A stretch of DNA of 64,000 nt from the NCBI GenBank assembly GCA_050950825.1, contig JBMNIH010000010.1:205181-269180 (forward strand), written 5' to 3'. This document shows positions 51,133 through 61,473 of the stretch, one piece after another. The DNA comes from Clostridia bacterium (lineage in GTDB: Bacteria; Bacillota; Clostridia; JAAYHZ01). The translations under genes were made by a program, and so were the position numbers. Each line of letters opens with the position of its first letter. Position 1 is the first letter of the stretch. Under the pieces are notes generated by a model, which was not told the DNA's origin, made no database searches, and saw nothing but the letters and a program-made list of their open reading frames with translations.

Positions 51133-53160
51133 CTATTCCAATACCAATACGGCGTAATCATCCAAGCGGTCGATACGGATGGTTTGGGTATCTTTATCCA
51201 ATTCGGCCGATAGGGTATTGTCCAAAACCGATACTTTGCTTATGGTATCCGGCAGGCTTAGCTTAATGTCGAAATCCGTAATGGGAATCAAGCGTTCCAT
51301 AGGTCGAATCATTTCCCCTGTCATATTGATTAAGTGCAGCATATACCGGCCGGGTTCTTTTTGGTAGCGTACAACCATTTCTACGCTTTGAGGCGCGGTA
51401 CTTTTTACAAGGGTATTTGCATGTTCGGCGACAAGGCGGTAAACCAATTTGATGTTGTCCGAGTAGCCGTGGGAATGGATGAACTCGTCCGGATTGCCGG
51501 CACAATAAACGGCTTTTCCTTTTCCGTAGCTGTTAATGGTAATGAACTCCAATTCCATATCCGGGAAAGCTACATAGCGGCCTTCCATGGGTCTGTTGAC
51601 TTTTGCCACCGATTCTACGCCTTCTTTGAAGGTACATTCGACCAATTTGAAGGGACCCGGAATGACGTTGGCGTTTAAACCTTCCGCGTATTTTTCCGAT
51701 ACGGTGGGATAGGACAATCCTATTTCGTATTTTAACGTACCCTTCATGGACTCGATTCCGAAGAGGTCCTTGATGCGATCGGCTCCTTTTCGTCTGCCTT
51801 TTTCGTCGTAGCAGCCGGTGTCGTAGGTGGCAAAGATATTACCGCCGTTCTTCACGTAAGCTTTAACCTTTTCCACGACTTCATCGCTCATGCATGCGCA
51901 AACGGGGAACAGGATCATTTCGTATTTGTTGATGTCGTCGGAAATTAAGGTTTGTTCGTCTATAACGTCAAATTGAACGTGGTTGCGCTGCAGGGCTTCG
52001 CAGAAACCGTAGAAGGAAGCGGAGTGGTTCCCTTTTTCCACGCTGAATCCGATTTGTGCCCCTTGGGTAAAGTCGCTTTCGGCTACGCTGGATGCATAGT
52101 AGTTGGCCGTATCGGCGGACCATACCACGGCGATCTTGTTGCGGGGAACGGTTTTGAGATAGTAATCGGAATATTTTTCGTGGAAGCGGTTGCATTCGTA
52201 TGCCGCTTGTCCTCCCGGTGTTTTCATAATATACGTAGGAGCGTGGATTCCGTACCAAATGTTGGCGCCGTGGGCGACGGAACGATAATACAGGATTTTC
52301 GTTTCAACGGCGGTGTGCATGTAGTAGGAGTTGGGCTTGTTGTCCCCTGCGGTAAATATGACGTAGGGTTTTCCCTTGGCCTTGGTTTCGATGTATTTGA
52401 TATGGGGCGTCATATGGGTGATGGAGTAGCTTTTGTTGATATAGGCGAAACCGGCTTCGGTTCCTACCATCTCTACGTAAGGCTCCACTTGGGTGGTGTT
52501 GCTCCCGGTGACGTCCGCTCGAAGGGACGAGTTGTTCAAGTACACCAATATGTTGGGATTGATGCTGTTTTTCAATTCGTGGGTCTTTCTTACGTATTCG
52601 GTAACGGAAGAGACCTTAAACTCTACCATTTCATGGTAGGTTGCATCGAAAATCGATTTCCCGTACTTTTCGTAAAACTTCTTTTGGCAAGCTTCGCAGT
52701 GGCAGCCTTGGGCATTCACCACCGGTCCGTCGAGGAAAATACCGTCAAGATCCAACGTGCATACCTTTTCGAAATTTTCCATGAAATCGTCAACCCAAGG
52801 GCTGTTGATGCAAATGAGATACTTGTTGGAGTATGCCGTTACTTCGTCGCCGTTTTTCAGTTTTTGAATCCATTCGGGATGGGCATCCCGGTCCGGCTTT
52901 TCCACGCAGTGGGTGTTCCAATAGAGGATTATGCGGATGTTTCTTTTACGAGCCTCCTCTATGTATTTTTTCAGCTTTTCAGCGTCTCGCTCGTGCTTGT
53001 AGAAGGATGTGTGTCCTTCCGCATTCAGATGAAGCAATTGTTCCGTATTAAAATGTCCTTTGAAAACATGGTTCTCCAGAATATCAAAACTGTCTTCGCC
53101 GTAATTGCATTGAACTGCAGCTATTCTCAGAGGTTTTTCATACCATTTTAATTGATCCAT
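51133..53160 (-). CDS. glycoside-hydrolase-like protein with GH42-type trimerisation/GATase-like domain
   Basis: HPEW, CINSP, DGIFLDGP, CHCEAC zinc motif, VKAYVKNGG.IFAT domain; start reset to ATG 53160 after GGAGG. Confidence 0.7.
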   Translation of the reverse strand: MDQLKWYEKPLRIAAVQCNYGEDSFDILENHVFKGHFNTEQLLHLNAEGHTSFYKHERDAEKLKKYIEEARKRNIRIILYWNTHCVEKPDRDAHPEWIQKLKNGDEVTAYSNKYLICINSPWVDDFMENFEKVCTLDLDGIFLDGPVVNAQGCHCEACQKKFYEKYGKSIFDATYHEMVEFKVSSVTEYVRKTHELKNSINPNILVYLNNSSLRADVTGSNTTQVEPYVEMVGTEAGFAYINKSYSITHMTPHIKYIETKAKGKPYVIFTAGDNKPNSYYMHTAVETKILYYRSVAHGANIWYGIHAPTYIMKTPGGQAAYECNRFHEKYSDYYLKTVPRNKIAVVWSADTANYYASSVAESDFTQGAQIGFSVEKGNHSASFYGFCEALQRNHVQFDVIDEQTLISDDINKYEMILFPVCACMSDEVVEKVKAYVKNGGNIFATYDTGCYDEKGRRKGADRIKDLFGIESMKGTLKYEIGLSYPTVSEKYAEGLNANVIPGPFKLVECTFKEGVESVAKVNRPMEGRYVAFPDMELEFITINSYGKGKAVYCAGNPDEFIHSHGYSDNIKLVYRLVAEHANTLVKSTAPQSVEMVVRYQKEPGRYMLHLINMTGEMIRPMERLIPITDFDIKLSLPDTISKVSVLDNTLSAELDKDTQTIRIDRLDDYAVLVLE

Positions 53161-53177
53161 TTTTTGCCCTCCTGTTT

Positions 53178-53846
53178 TCATGACAATGTTTTTCTTATTA
53201 TAGCATATTGCCGTATTTCATATGTAAGCATCTTGAACAATGAATTGAGAAAGAATATCATGGCGGTTGTTTCTAAAATCTCTTCGATATATTGCTGAAG
53301 GCGCTGAAATTCGATGCTGTAATCTTTGACGGGTATAGAATCCGCAATAACGGCCAAAGCGGCTATAAAAAAGCCGGTAAGGAACAAGGCAAAGGACGCC
53401 TTGCGCACTTTAAACAGCTTTATATACACCGGAAGGAAAAACAAAGCGATGAGCAAAAGGGTAATTAAAACAAAATCTCCGGCTTCGGTCCAAAAGAAAA
53501 GAGGATTCTTGATGTCTTTTGGCGCTAAGAGGAGAGTGCGAATTCGCTCGTGTAATGCAAACCGTTCATCAAGGGATAAGCCTATGAAAAAGACGCTCAA
53601 AAGCCCCCAAAGAACGAAAGGCTTTTTTTCGTTATTTAAGTAAAAAAGCATGGATATGAGAAAGGAAAATACGCCGCAGGTGAACAAGAGAACGCTTTCA
53701 TACCAAGTTAAGGGCGTGTTTTCAAAAATGACGTAGGACCACCAGTCCGGATATTTCGCAAACGTAAGCAAAAGGATGAATAAAAAGGAAAGAAAAAAGG
53801 TGCCCAATAAAAAAAGATTTTCGATTTTTTTCATCGGATCTTTCAC
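53178..53846 (-). CDS. hypothetical multi-pass membrane protein
   Basis: about six TM segments, LSLDE...HE and EE..E motifs. Confidence 0.6.
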   Translation of the reverse strand: MKDPMKKIENLFLLGTFFLSFLFILLLTFAKYPDWWSYVIFENTPLTWYESVLLFTCGVFSFLISMLFYLNNEKKPFVLWGLLSVFFIGLSLDERFALHERIRTLLLAPKDIKNPLFFWTEAGDFVLITLLLIALFFLPVYIKLFKVRKASFALFLTGFFIAALAVIADSIPVKDYSIEFQRLQQYIEEILETTAMIFFLNSLFKMLTYEIRQYAIIRKTLS

Positions 53847-53847
53847 A

Positions 53848-54813
53848 TCAATCCCCCCATTCTCTTATGAGATTTATCGGTTGTCCGCACGACGCGGCCG
53901 TCATGCAATTTACCCAGTCTTCGGCTCCTCTTATTAAAGCTTCCGTGGTATACCATGCGGTATGAGCCGTCATCACGATTCGTCCCGGTTCGATGGTTTT
54001 ATCGTTTAAAACCTCCGGCAGAATATCGTCTACGGCATATCCGTAAACCCTTTTTTCCTTAACGGCTTTGATCATAGCAACATGATCCACATGGTCCGCT
54101 CGGGCGGTATTGATGATAAAGCAATCCTTTTTGACTATGGAAAGCTCTTTTTCGGTAAGTATGGGAGGAGCGTTTCGAACCTTATTGGCTAAAAGAAGGA
54201 TGTAGTCGGAGTTTTTTAACAAATCCTCGAAGGGTGTGAATCGGGCGACCGCCGATTCTTTCTTTTTGATGTCGTAATACAAAAGCTTCATACCGAAGGG
54301 AGTCAAAAGCTCGGATACTCTCTTTCCGATTCTTCCAAAGCCGATAATGCCTGCCGTTTTGTCTTTTAACTCAAACCCGCGTAAGGATACCCCCTTCGGA
54401 ATCATTCCTCTTGCATGGTCCATGGCAAGATGAAGCCTTGCAGCGAACATCAATACCAATCCCACGGTATGCTCCGCCACCGCTTGGGTGCAATAATTCG
54501 GAAGGTTGCTCAGCAGAATATTTTTTTCATTGAGGTAATCCAAGTCCACCCATTCGTATCCGGTAGAATAGATGATAAGGTGTTTTAAGCCCTTTAACCC
54601 GTCGATGATCTCCCGATCAATGTCCTTTATCGTTCTTCTTGTCACGGAAACGATATCGAAACCGGATGCTGTTTTGATAAAGGTTTCCTTATCAAGAGGC
54701 TCCAAGCTTTCATAGAAAGTCGCATTGCAGCGTGTTTTCAGTCTTTCAAGCTGTTCTTTTGTAAAGCTTTTTTCACCTAAAGCGGAAAAGATGATCATTT
54801 TGTTTTGCTGCAT
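53848..54813 (-). CDS. D-2-hydroxyacid dehydrogenase family protein
   Basis: AVAEH, GIIGFGRIG, INTAR, TAHTAWYT. Confidence 0.88.
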   Translation of the reverse strand: MQQNKMIIFSALGEKSFTKEQLERLKTRCNATFYESLEPLDKETFIKTASGFDIVSVTRRTIKDIDREIIDGLKGLKHLIIYSTGYEWVDLDYLNEKNILLSNLPNYCTQAVAEHTVGLVLMFAARLHLAMDHARGMIPKGVSLRGFELKDKTAGIIGFGRIGKRVSELLTPFGMKLLYYDIKKKESAVARFTPFEDLLKNSDYILLLANKVRNAPPILTEKELSIVKKDCFIINTARADHVDHVAMIKAVKEKRVYGYAVDDILPEVLNDKTIEPGRIVMTAHTAWYTTEALIRGAEDWVNCMTAASCGQPINLIREWGD

Positions 54814-55067
54814 ACACTTGCCCTTTCTGTTGCTTTCTCGTTATTTTAGTTTGTTCACCGCAAATCATCGTTATCCGTTCCAATAAATAGTATCATAAAT
54901 GATAGACGTACAAAAAGAAGGTATGTTACACAATAGTTACAAGAATTTTAAAGTATTGATTTGATTGGGCGGACGGATTGAAGAAAAAGACAAGTTATGG
55001 TAAACTGAATTGGACAAAGGTGAAAAAACGGACAATATATAGAAAATGAGTTAAGGGAAGCATCGGT

Positions 55068-55688
55068 ATGGATAAAATTTATGAAGAATTATACGATGAG
55101 GACCTTGTACAATTGGGACGTGACGGAGATCCGATGGCTTTTGAACAGCTGTTTTCAAGGTACAAAACCATGGTGAATTCGAAAGCCAGGGCATACTTTT
55201 TGGCGGGAGCGGACAAAGACGACCTTCTGCAGGAAGGTATGATCGGATTGTTTAAAGCCATGCGAGATTTTGACGGAACAAAGGAATGCAAATTCGGAAC
55301 GTTTGCGGAAATCTGCGTCACCCGCCAGATTATTACGGCGGTGAGCGCGGCTGCTCGACGGAAGCACACCCCTTTGAATACCTATGTTTCATTGAACAAG
55401 CCCGTATTCGAAGACGAATCCCAAACTACATACATCGATTTGATTCCAAGCGGCGATTGCGATCCCGAAGTACTTGTTTTGGAAAACGAAAGAAGAGAGT
55501 ACATGAAAAATTTCATTCTCAATTACTTAAGCGATATGGAAAAAAAGGTTCTGCACTATTATCTTAACGGATTATCTTATTCGGAGATCGCGAATAAAGC
55601 TTGTATTTCCGTCAAGTCCACGGACAATGCCCTGCAGCGGATAAAAAGAAAATTAGGTCGTGTTTTAGCCGGAATGAAAAATTCATAA
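55068..55688 (+). CDS. sigH: RNA polymerase sigma factor SigH
   Basis: YFLAGADKDDLLQEGMIGL, CVTRQIITA, KHTPLN.YVSL, KS.DNALQRIKRKL. Confidence 0.93.
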   Translation: MDKIYEELYDEDLVQLGRDGDPMAFEQLFSRYKTMVNSKARAYFLAGADKDDLLQEGMIGLFKAMRDFDGTKECKFGTFAEICVTRQIITAVSAAARRKHTPLNTYVSLNKPVFEDESQTTYIDLIPSGDCDPEVLVLENERREYMKNFILNYLSDMEKKVLHYYLNGLSYSEIANKACISVKSTDNALQRIKRKLGRVLAGMKNS

Positions 55689-55695
55689 AAAGGAC

Positions 55696-55724
55696 TAGAC
55701 TTTCTAAAAAACCTGTGCTATAAT
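55696..55724 (+). promoter_or_regulatory. promoter of the tRNA pair
   Basis: TAGACT-17 bp-TATAAT with extended TG. Confidence 0.6.
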
Positions 55725-55757
55725 CTCACATGTTCTGTTGAAAATGTCTGCGGTTTT

Positions 55758-55831
55758 GCGGATGTAATTCAATGGTAGAATGCCAGCTTCCCAAGCTGAC
55801 TACGCGGGTTCGATTCCCGTCATCCGCTCCA
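55758..55831 (+). tRNA. tRNA-Gly(CCC)
   Basis: GCGGATG/CATCCGC acceptor, loop TT-CCC-AA, TTCGATT, CCA. Confidence 0.95.
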
Positions 55832-55844
55832 GTTTGCGAGCAAT

Positions 55845-55920
55845 GCCGCTATAGCTCAGAAGGCAGAGCACTTCCATGGTAAGGAAGGGGTCATCGGTTC
55901 GACTCCGATTAGCGGCTCCA
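55845..55920 (+). tRNA. tRNA-Thr(GGT)
   Basis: GCCGCTA/TAGCGGC acceptor, loop AT-GGT-AA, TTCGACT, CCA. Confidence 0.95.
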
Positions 55921-55926
55921 AAATAC

Positions 55927-55966
55927 AAATCCTTCAAGCACTTGAAGAGTGTTTGAAGGATTTTTT
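55927..55966 (+). terminator. terminator after tRNA-Thr
   Basis: AAATCCTTCAAGCACT...AGTGTTTGAAGGATTT plus T-tract. Confidence 0.8.
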
Positions 55967-55983
55967 GTTGTAAGGAAATCCGT

Positions 55984-56946
55984 TTATTTGCCGGCCATCA
56001 TATCGTAAAAAACGTTTTCGGATATGATTTCAATACCTGCACCCGACAGCTTTAATTGCTCGGCTTTTTTGAGCTTTGAGCTTTTTCCGCCTTTTATATT
56101 TTTGTTGTAATCCAAGTTCCCTAAAACGAGGTAATCCGTTTTCGCCGTTACCGTATCGGCGCAAATTCCGCCTACATTCACCACGATTTGAGCGGCTTCT
56201 CTTCGTAACATTTTCTCTAAGGTACCGGTAAATACAATGACTTTGCCGTAAAACGGGTGCGATTCGTCAAAATCCGTTTCGGTAGCGGTAACATCGCCGA
56301 CTTTAAAATAAGAGCCGTATTTTGATTGCTTTTTGGCTCGGTCGTTTATGTCGATTCCGGTTTCCGATGCATACTTTTTCATATGCTCGTAGCATCGAGC
56401 GGCGTTTAATGCATCGGAATAGGAGCGATGCTCTACCTGTTCGCATATTCCGAAATGCTGCAGCAAGGTATTCAGCTTATAATTCGGTAATCCTCTATAC
56501 AACAGGCGGCATAATCTCATGGTGTCAATAAAATCGTTTTTGAGAGGTATTCCCAGATGATACATGCAGTTATCATACAAAAAATTGATATCGAAATTTG
56601 CATTATGGGCGACAAGTACACGATCCTTTAAAAATTCGATAAAGCCGGGCAATACATCCTGTATTTTCGGTGCATTTTGCAGCATTTCGTTGGTAATTCC
56701 GGTTAAATCGGTTATGAATTTGCTTATTTCATACCCCGGATTGATTAGGGATTGGAACTCGGCAATTACGGAGCCGTCTTTGATATGTACGGCGGCCACT
56801 TCGATAATATCGTCATATCGAGGATCAAGACCCGTTGTTTCCAAGTCGACGGCAACGTATTCGTTGACAAAGTCCGCAAGGCTTTTGCCTTTTCGGTCCC
56901 GTTTGTTTTCCATATCTTCATGTTTTAAGTTTACTGTAAAACTCAT
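55984..56946 (-). CDS. DnaQ-like DEDDh 3'-5' exonuclease with C-terminal BRCT domain
   Basis: DLETTG, HNANFD, DTM, HRSYSDA; VFTGTL...GG...TDYLV BRCT. Confidence 0.88.
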   Translation of the reverse strand: MSFTVNLKHEDMENKRDRKGKSLADFVNEYVAVDLETTGLDPRYDDIIEVAAVHIKDGSVIAEFQSLINPGYEISKFITDLTGITNEMLQNAPKIQDVLPGFIEFLKDRVLVAHNANFDINFLYDNCMYHLGIPLKNDFIDTMRLCRLLYRGLPNYKLNTLLQHFGICEQVEHRSYSDALNAARCYEHMKKYASETGIDINDRAKKQSKYGSYFKVGDVTATETDFDESHPFYGKVIVFTGTLEKMLRREAAQIVVNVGGICADTVTAKTDYLVLGNLDYNKNIKGGKSSKLKKAEQLKLSGAGIEIISENVFYDMMAGK

Positions 56947-57096
56947 AATAACAGCCCCCCCATATTCCCATTATTCCATCCGTTTTGATCGGCGTCAAGA
57001 ATAGAAGATATGAAAAAAGAACCTCATGGTACGTCTCATGAGGCTAAATAATTATATATAACTAAAGGGAGGTTATTTTGCTACTCAAATAAACCG

Positions 57097-58368
57097 TTAA
57101 ACAAACACTTCGTAGATATATGCGTTTGTTCGGTTGTAGGGGTCGTTTTTCACGACATGGTACGGAGTTATGTTAATTTCGATATTTTTCGTTACGCGGT
57201 TTTCCTTTGCGTAAAAGTTGGAATAGGTAACCCACTCGGATTGGTCTTCCTCTCGTGTTGCCACAACGGATACGGAATCCTTTTTCAATAACAAGGATTC
57301 GGGGTCCACCTCACCGATGACCAAAGGATAGCGGGGCATGTTACCGAAGGGGTTGCTTTCCGAGATGTTGCCGATCCAATAAAGCTTTCCATTGGAATGC
57401 CACAACAGCTGGGAACAGGACGAAGGAGAATAGAAGTTTTCTTGGGTATCGTATAACCAAGGCTTTGCTTCGCTCCATGTATATCCTCCGTCGGAGGAAA
57501 CGGAATACCAACGGTAGCCCGGGATGGCGGTTGTCGGATTGTCATTTCTTCCTTGGTTGCTTCCTCTCATCACCATTAATATGCGTCCGTCCGGCATTTC
57601 CGCTATGGCAGGCTCGATTAAGCCTCTTCGTGAAAGATCCGGGGAAATTTTTATCGGTTCCGAAAGATCCCACTGCAGTTGCGAGTTTTCATCCCATTTT
57701 CCGTGGAGCAGAGCGCAGTAGGTAAAGGTGAATCCGGATCCGGGGTTGTAGTAGTTCCCGTTCTCGTCGGTATTGGATATTTGAACGCCTAATATGATCT
57801 TGTTGTTTTCTTTCGGATCCTTTTGATACTTCGTAAGGCAAGGAAGCTCGGTGTGATCCCCTAACATGATGCAGTTTTTCCCGGTATTCACGCCTCGCAA
57901 GGAATGCATGGCGTTGTATTCGTCACCTTTTTGAATCACTTGCTTTTCGTAAGCAATGGTTCTTCCGCCGTCAAAGGAAACTTGGTACCACAATGTCCAA
58001 TTCATCATGCCTTCCAAAGGATTGTCCGTCGGCAAAAGGGCCTTGGTGGAAAACATCACCAAACGTTCTCGTCCGTCCGGAACGACGGAGCCGGGACATA
58101 CAAGACTGACTCGATAGTAGTCTCTCACCGTGCCTTGAGGGATGGTTTTAACCGGTACCAAATCTCGTATTCTTTCGTAATGCTCACCGTCTTCGGTAAT
58201 GCTTAATATGGAGGTGTCGACGGTGTCCGAACGGCTTGCGGTACTTGATACCTTGATCATGGAAACGCCTTCACTTTTGTTGTAAAAAGTGATGATGGAA
58301 GGTGCTACGCCGGGTGCAGGCGCGGCTTCCGCTAAAATCTTATTGACTTTTCTCTTGCATGCGAACAT
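57097..58368 (-). CDS. sialidase/BNR-repeat beta-propeller protein (no signal peptide)
   Basis: Asp-boxes SFDGGRT and SSDGGYTW, EPAIAEM, PRYPL; start reset to ATG 58368 after GAGGT. Confidence 0.7.
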   Translation of the reverse strand: MFACKRKVNKILAEAAPAPGVAPSIITFYNKSEGVSMIKVSSTASRSDTVDTSILSITEDGEHYERIRDLVPVKTIPQGTVRDYYRVSLVCPGSVVPDGRERLVMFSTKALLPTDNPLEGMMNWTLWYQVSFDGGRTIAYEKQVIQKGDEYNAMHSLRGVNTGKNCIMLGDHTELPCLTKYQKDPKENNKIILGVQISNTDENGNYYNPGSGFTFTYCALLHGKWDENSQLQWDLSEPIKISPDLSRRGLIEPAIAEMPDGRILMVMRGSNQGRNDNPTTAIPGYRWYSVSSDGGYTWSEAKPWLYDTQENFYSPSSCSQLLWHSNGKLYWIGNISESNPFGNMPRYPLVIGEVDPESLLLKKDSVSVVATREEDQSEWVTYSNFYAKENRVTKNIEINITPYHVVKNDPYNRTNAYIYEVFV

Positions 58369-58378
58369 GAATTTTACC

Positions 58379-60064
58379 TCATTTCTCCCCGTTTTTTCTT
58401 TTATTATCATGGCTAAAGAACCTTTCCATTAACTGTTCATAAGCCATGCCGTATTTATACGCAATATCGTAAGCATAACTTTTTCCGTCGGTTACGGCGG
58501 GAATGATCTTGTAGGTGCTGACATGTTTGATCTTGCCGTTTTCTTCAATTTTTTTGATTTGGGAAACAAGACCGATAACGGTACTGCTTCCTTCCACCTC
58601 CGAATTGATGTTATCGATTTCATAAGCCAGTTCGTGAAGGTGGGTGGAAAACACCACTCGAAGTCCGATGGAGCGGAAGGCCTTCATCAAGTTTGCGCAA
58701 ATCACCAAGCTGTCGTAAGCGCTGGTGGAAGACAACGATTCGTTGAGAAGAACCATGCTGTAGCGGGTGACGGAATCCATCATGCCGGAAAGCTCTCTTA
58801 ATTCTTCTCCTAAGCGGCCTTCGTCCACCCTTCTTTCTTCTTCCTTCGGAAAGTGGGTAAACAGTTTATCCACGGGACTCATTTTCGCTTTGGTACCGGG
58901 GACGTATAAACCGGCTTGGAACAAAACCTGCGCCATACCAATGGCTCGCGTATAGGTGGTTTTGCCTCCTTGGTTGGGACCGGTGATGATAAAGATTCGG
59001 CCTTGATCGTTCATGGCAACGTCATTTTTCACAATGACATCTCCGGGACGGCTCAGCTTGCTGTTTTCCTTCCTCATGCGGACGGCTAAGGATATGTCGC
59101 AAGTATTTTCGATTTCGCAGATTCTTTCCTCCTTATCCGCAACCTCCGGTCGGGTCATGGGAATACCCATTTCTTGGGCTCGATCGACCAAATGGTACCC
59201 GGCCATGTAAAAGTCGATTTCCAAATCGTATTCCAGCAATTCTTCGATACCGGAAGTAAAGTATTCGTCCAATAGCTCCGCGACCTTTTCTAAGCCCATA
59301 CGAATGACTTCGCCGAGGTCCTTTAAAAAAGCCGCTTCGATTCCGCTTTTGGATACTTTGGCAAGGCTGTAGAACTGGGACTTTTTCAGTATTTCTTCCG
59401 CATTGTCTTTTGTTTGAAAAAAGTCCGATAAAAAGGATCTTTTTTTGAAAGGCTTCGGTTCGAAGGTTAAAATCATTGCTTCGGTGGGCTCTAAAAGCTT
59501 GTTCATGTTGATGCCGACGGTGATGCCTTTCATATTATCGATGGCTTTTTGATGTTCGGGGAGTTTTTCGACAATGAATTTATAACTTTCGCTGCGATAA
59601 ATGTCGTCGATGTATTTGATGAAATTCTGCAATCCTTCGCTTTTCACGTCGTTTTTACAATCTTCCAGGATTTCACGGATTTCCTTGATGCACTTGACAT
59701 AGGACTGCATTACACTGAATTTCCAAAGAATGTCCTTGTGGGTTTCGTCAAATCGAAAGGTTTTAACGCCGTATTCGTTTTTTAAGGCGATTAATTTCAT
59801 AAGAATGTTGGCGGCACACTGTCTTACGGATTTATTCTGCATGAAGTCTTCGAGAATTTCGGAACGGTAGGCGATGTTTTCACCGCTTGTTTGCATGACA
59901 GACAAAAGCTTCATGCAATTGAATGCATTTCTGTCGGTGTTACGGAACATATAGTCTATGTCATCAATACCTAAATCCTTTACGATATTTCCTTCCAACA
60001 CATAGACTTGTTCTCGGTGAATATCGTCTTTGTATAACAAAGATGGTCTTTTCGGTATATCCAT
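58379..60064 (-). CDS. stand-alone MutS-family ATPase (domain V, no mismatch-binding domain)
   Basis: ITGPNQGGKTT, GRLGEE, LLNESLSST, STHLHEL, SYA; start reset to ATG 60064 after AGGGAGG. Confidence 0.85.
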   Translation of the reverse strand: MDIPKRPSLLYKDDIHREQVYVLEGNIVKDLGIDDIDYMFRNTDRNAFNCMKLLSVMQTSGENIAYRSEILEDFMQNKSVRQCAANILMKLIALKNEYGVKTFRFDETHKDILWKFSVMQSYVKCIKEIREILEDCKNDVKSEGLQNFIKYIDDIYRSESYKFIVEKLPEHQKAIDNMKGITVGINMNKLLEPTEAMILTFEPKPFKKRSFLSDFFQTKDNAEEILKKSQFYSLAKVSKSGIEAAFLKDLGEVIRMGLEKVAELLDEYFTSGIEELLEYDLEIDFYMAGYHLVDRAQEMGIPMTRPEVADKEERICEIENTCDISLAVRMRKENSKLSRPGDVIVKNDVAMNDQGRIFIITGPNQGGKTTYTRAIGMAQVLFQAGLYVPGTKAKMSPVDKLFTHFPKEEERRVDEGRLGEELRELSGMMDSVTRYSMVLLNESLSSTSAYDSLVICANLMKAFRSIGLRVVFSTHLHELAYEIDNINSEVEGSSTVIGLVSQIKKIEENGKIKHVSTYKIIPAVTDGKSYAYDIAYKYGMAYEQLMERFFSHDNKRKNGEK

Positions 60065-60322
60065 TTTTTCCTCCCTAAATTTATACACCACACAACCAAT
60101 GGATTCCATAAAAGAACCGAATCCCACGGGGGTATACCTTAACACATCTTATACTAAATATATATCTACCGTATTTGAATATGCCGGCGTTGAATGACTT
60201 AGGAATATTATACCATGGTAAACCTCGGATGTCCGGTGTTTTTCACAAAAATTTTAGATATAATCAATCTTTTGGTAAATAAAAACGAATTCTGTAAACA
60301 TTGCCCGCAGCTCGTATATCGT

Positions 60323-60351
60323 TTGCACAAATGAAACACACTTGGTATAAT
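60323..60351 (+). promoter_or_regulatory. sigma-A promoter of ybaB-recR
   Basis: TTGCAC-17 bp-TATAAT with extended TG. Confidence 0.65.
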
Positions 60352-60386
60352 ACAAGTGCTTAAACCCTAATTAGGAGGAAGAATAC

Positions 60387-60728
60387 ATGGCCAGAGGCAG
60401 AATGAGTAATTTTGGCGGAAGCAATATGAATAACTTAATGAAGCAAGCGAAAAAGATGCAGCAGGATATGCAGCAAGCGCAAGAAGAGCTGGAAGCAAAA
60501 ACCTTTGAAGCCACGGTGGGCGGCGGTATGGTTACGGTGGTAGCCAACGGAAAAAGGGAAATATTAGAAGTGAATATTCAGCCGGACGCCATCGATCCGG
60601 ACGATGTGGAAATGCTGCAAGACATGATCGTAGCGGCCGTCAATGAAGTATTGAGAAAAATTGACGATGCGGCGCAAAGCATTATGGGTAAGTTCACGGG
60701 CGGTTTCGGTTTGCCCGGAATGTTTTAA
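60387..60728 (+). CDS. ybaB: YbaB/EbfC nucleoid-associated protein
   Basis: [30 protein letters not shown]; upstream of recR. Confidence 0.93.
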   Translation: MARGRMSNFGGSNMNNLMKQAKKMQQDMQQAQEELEAKTFEATVGGGMVTVVANGKREILEVNIQPDAIDPDDVEMLQDMIVAAVNEVLRKIDDAAQSIMGKFTGGFGLPGMF

Positions 60729-60741
60729 GCATCGAGGCTTT

Positions 60742-61344
60742 ATGATTCGATACACTTCATCCATTGAAAAACTCATAGAATCGTTTATGAAGCTGCCCGG
60801 AATCGGAAGAAAAACGGCAAAGCGTTTGGCCTTTCATATTTTGGAGATGCCGAAAGAGAAGGCCGAGGAAATCGCTCAATCCATTTTGGACGCAAGAAAA
60901 AACATCATTACTTGTTCGGTATGCGGGGACTTGACCGATACCGATCCTTGCCGTATTTGTTCCGATAAACGCAGGGATTCCGCTCTCATTTGCGTCGTAC
61001 AGGAACCGGGCGACATCATGGCGATGGAGCGCACCGGGCAGTACTTCGGATACTACCACGTTTTACACGGGGTGATTTCGCCTATGGACGGAATCGGTCC
61101 TAATGATATTAATCTTAAATCCTTGCTTACACGGGTTTCCGAAAACGATATTAAAGAAGTCATTTTGGCCGTGAATCCTACCGTGGAAGGCGAAGCGACA
61201 GCCATGTATATTTCCAAGCTATTGGCACCTTTTGGCGTTACGGTGTCCCGAATCGCCCATGGAATTCCCGTAGGAAGCGATATCGAATATACGGATGAAG
61301 TTACCTTGGCGAAGGCCATCGAGGGAAGAAGAGTTATTCGTTAA
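60742..61344 (+). CDS. recR: recombination mediator RecR
   Basis: LPGIGRKTA HhH, CSVC..C.IC zinc finger, YHVLHG, Toprim [18 protein letters not shown]. Confidence 0.96.
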   Translation: MIRYTSSIEKLIESFMKLPGIGRKTAKRLAFHILEMPKEKAEEIAQSILDARKNIITCSVCGDLTDTDPCRICSDKRRDSALICVVQEPGDIMAMERTGQYFGYYHVLHGVISPMDGIGPNDINLKSLLTRVSENDIKEVILAVNPTVEGEATAMYISKLLAPFGVTVSRIAHGIPVGSDIEYTDEVTLAKAIEGRRVIR

Positions 61345-61423
61345 AAGAAGAATATTTGTCTACATCAAATAAACTCCTTTCATTTTTCAAATGTATGAAA
61401 CGGGGTAAATAAAGTAGTATTAG

Positions 61424-61473
61424 AAAACATGGTTTATTAGGGAGAAGAAAAGCCCTGTAGGCCATGTTTTTTT
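61424..61473 (+). terminator. terminator inside the element end that can terminate ybaB-recR
   Basis: AAAACATGGTTTATTAGGG...CCCTGTAGGCCATGTTTT plus T-tract. Confidence 0.65.

Noticed and set aside
51952-53151. 399-aa plus-strand ORF
   Set aside because: Antisense shadow of the GH42-like gene; explained by codon bias of the real gene.
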